In this document: positions 62,375 through 64,000 of the stretch, one piece after another
How positions within the stretch are numbered: position 1 is the stretch's first letter
Layout of the letters: each line of letters opens with the position of its first letter
The notes under the pieces: model-generated
The model's database searches: none
What the model was told of the DNA's origin: nothing
The model's input: only the letters and a program-made list of their open reading frames with translations
Made by a program: the position numbers and the translations under genes
NCBI RefSeq assembly: GCF_004010195.1
Contig: NC_057718.1
Location: forward strand, 2,831,493-2,895,492
Direction: 5' to 3'
DNA: 64,000 nt
Source of the DNA: Chiloscyllium plagiosum
Taxonomy: Eukaryota

Positions 62375-63750
62375 AGAACATTGAACATAGAACAAAAAAC
62401 ATAGAACAATATAGTGCAGTATAGGCCTTTGATGTTGTGCCAACCCAGGAACCGATCTGAAGCCCATCTAACCTACACTATTCCATTATTATCTATATGT
62501 TTATCCAAAGACCACTTAAATGCCCTTAACATTGGTGAATCTACCACTGTTGCAGGTAGGCCATTCCATGCCCCTATTAGTCTCTGAGTAAAGAAACTAC
62601 CTCTGACATCTGTCCTATATCTATCACCCCTCAATTTAAAGTTATATCCCCTCATGCTAGCCATCACTATCCGAGGAAAGAGGCTCTCACTGTCTACCCT
62701 ATCTAATCCTCTGATCATCTTGTATGTCTCCATTAAGTCAGCTCTTAACCTTCTTCAATCTAACAAAAAATGCCTCATTTCCCTCAGCTTTTCCTCATAA
62801 GACTTCCCTCCATACCAGGCAACATCCCTGGGAAAACTCCTCAGCACCCTTTCCAATGCTTCTTCGTCATTTCTATAATACGATGACAAGAACTGTATGT
62901 AATACTCCATATGCAGCTGCACCATGACTTCATCTTACCATTAGTCCAGTACTCAGTATTCCTGTTACTCCTTCCAGAGTGAATCACCTCATACTTTTCC
63001 ACATTAAACTTCATTTGCCACCTCTCAGCCCAGCTCAGCAGCTTATCTATGTCCCTCTGTAACCCACAACATCCTTTGGCACTGTCCACAACTCCACTGA
63101 CTTTGGTATCATCCACAAATTTGCTAACCCATCCTTCTACACTCTCATCTAGTTCATTTATAAAAATGACCAACAGCAGTGGCCCCAAAACAGATTCTTG
63201 CGGTACACCACTCGTATCTGAATTCCAGGATGAATATTTCCCATCAACCCACCACCTTCTGTCTTCTTTCAGCTAGCCAATTTATGATCCCATGCCTCTG
63301 TATTTTCGACAATAGTCTACCACAGGAGACCATATCAAACACTTCACTCAAATCCATATGCTCAACATCAACTGCTTTACTCTCATCCATTTGTTTGGTA
63401 ACCATCTCAAAGAACTCAATAAGGTTTGTGAGGCACAACTTACACTTCACATAACTATGTTGACTATCCCTAATCAAATTATTCATTTATAAATGATTAT
63501 AAATCCTATCTCTTATAATCCTTTCCACTTTAACCACAAATTAAGTAAAGCTCATTTGTCTCTAATTACCAGGGTTGTCTTTATTTCCCTTCTTGAACAA
63601 GGGGACAACAGTTTCTATCCTCCAGTCTTGTGGCACTATTCCTTTAGACAATGATGACATAAAGATCAATGCCAAAAGATCTGCAATCTCCTGCCTAGCT
63701 TCCCAGAGAATCTTAAGATAAATCCCATCTGGCCCGGGGACTTATCATTT
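62375..63750 (-). mobile_element. CR1-type LINE 3' portion
   Basis: FVDDTKV and LIRDSQH...CLTNL motifs; GAACATA tail. Confidence 0.88.
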
Positions 63751-64000
63751 TCAGTGATGCCAGATGCTGCTCCCAGCATGTCTTCCTGCACTTGCTATTG
63801 AATCAGGAATGATTCCCTGGTTTGGTGATAATGGCTGTGTGAGGTTTCTCTTTATTTATTGATGGGATGAGGTCTTCACTGGCATGGCCAGTATTTATTG
63901 CCCATCCAGAATTGCCTAGAGAGCAGTTAAGAGCAGATCTGGAATCAGATGTAGGGCAGATCATGTAAAAGATGACAGTTTATAGCCTTAAAGAACATTA

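Overview
Vertebrate genomic DNA, almost certainly from a shark or ray. This rests on tRNA-derived SINEs of HE1 type that share 3' tails with CR1-family LINEs; the species cannot be fixed from sequence alone. Most of the window is decayed CR1-type LINEs, SINEs, Penelope-like elements and Gypsy remnants, and most ORFs in the track come from these. Embedded in the repeats is an immunoglobulin-superfamily cluster on the + strand. A signal-peptide exon (12956-13007) is followed by four intact exons of exactly 345 nt, all phase 1/phase 1 (18298, 23709, 28978, 33676). Each encodes a complete antigen-receptor-like V domain with a J-like G strand already joined in the germline and no RSS between V and J. 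A divergent V pseudo-exon (41046), a second leader (43144) and a broken V4 paralogue (56072) follow. No C1 or transmembrane exon was found. On the - strand, not represented in the ORF track, is a terminal exon with two ITIM/ITSM-like tyrosine motifs (54392-54514), followed by a candidate leader exon (52634-52709). An RSS-like heptamer/nonamer with a non-canonical 16-bp spacer lies about 0.8 kb downstream of both V4 and V6. There are three assembly gaps.
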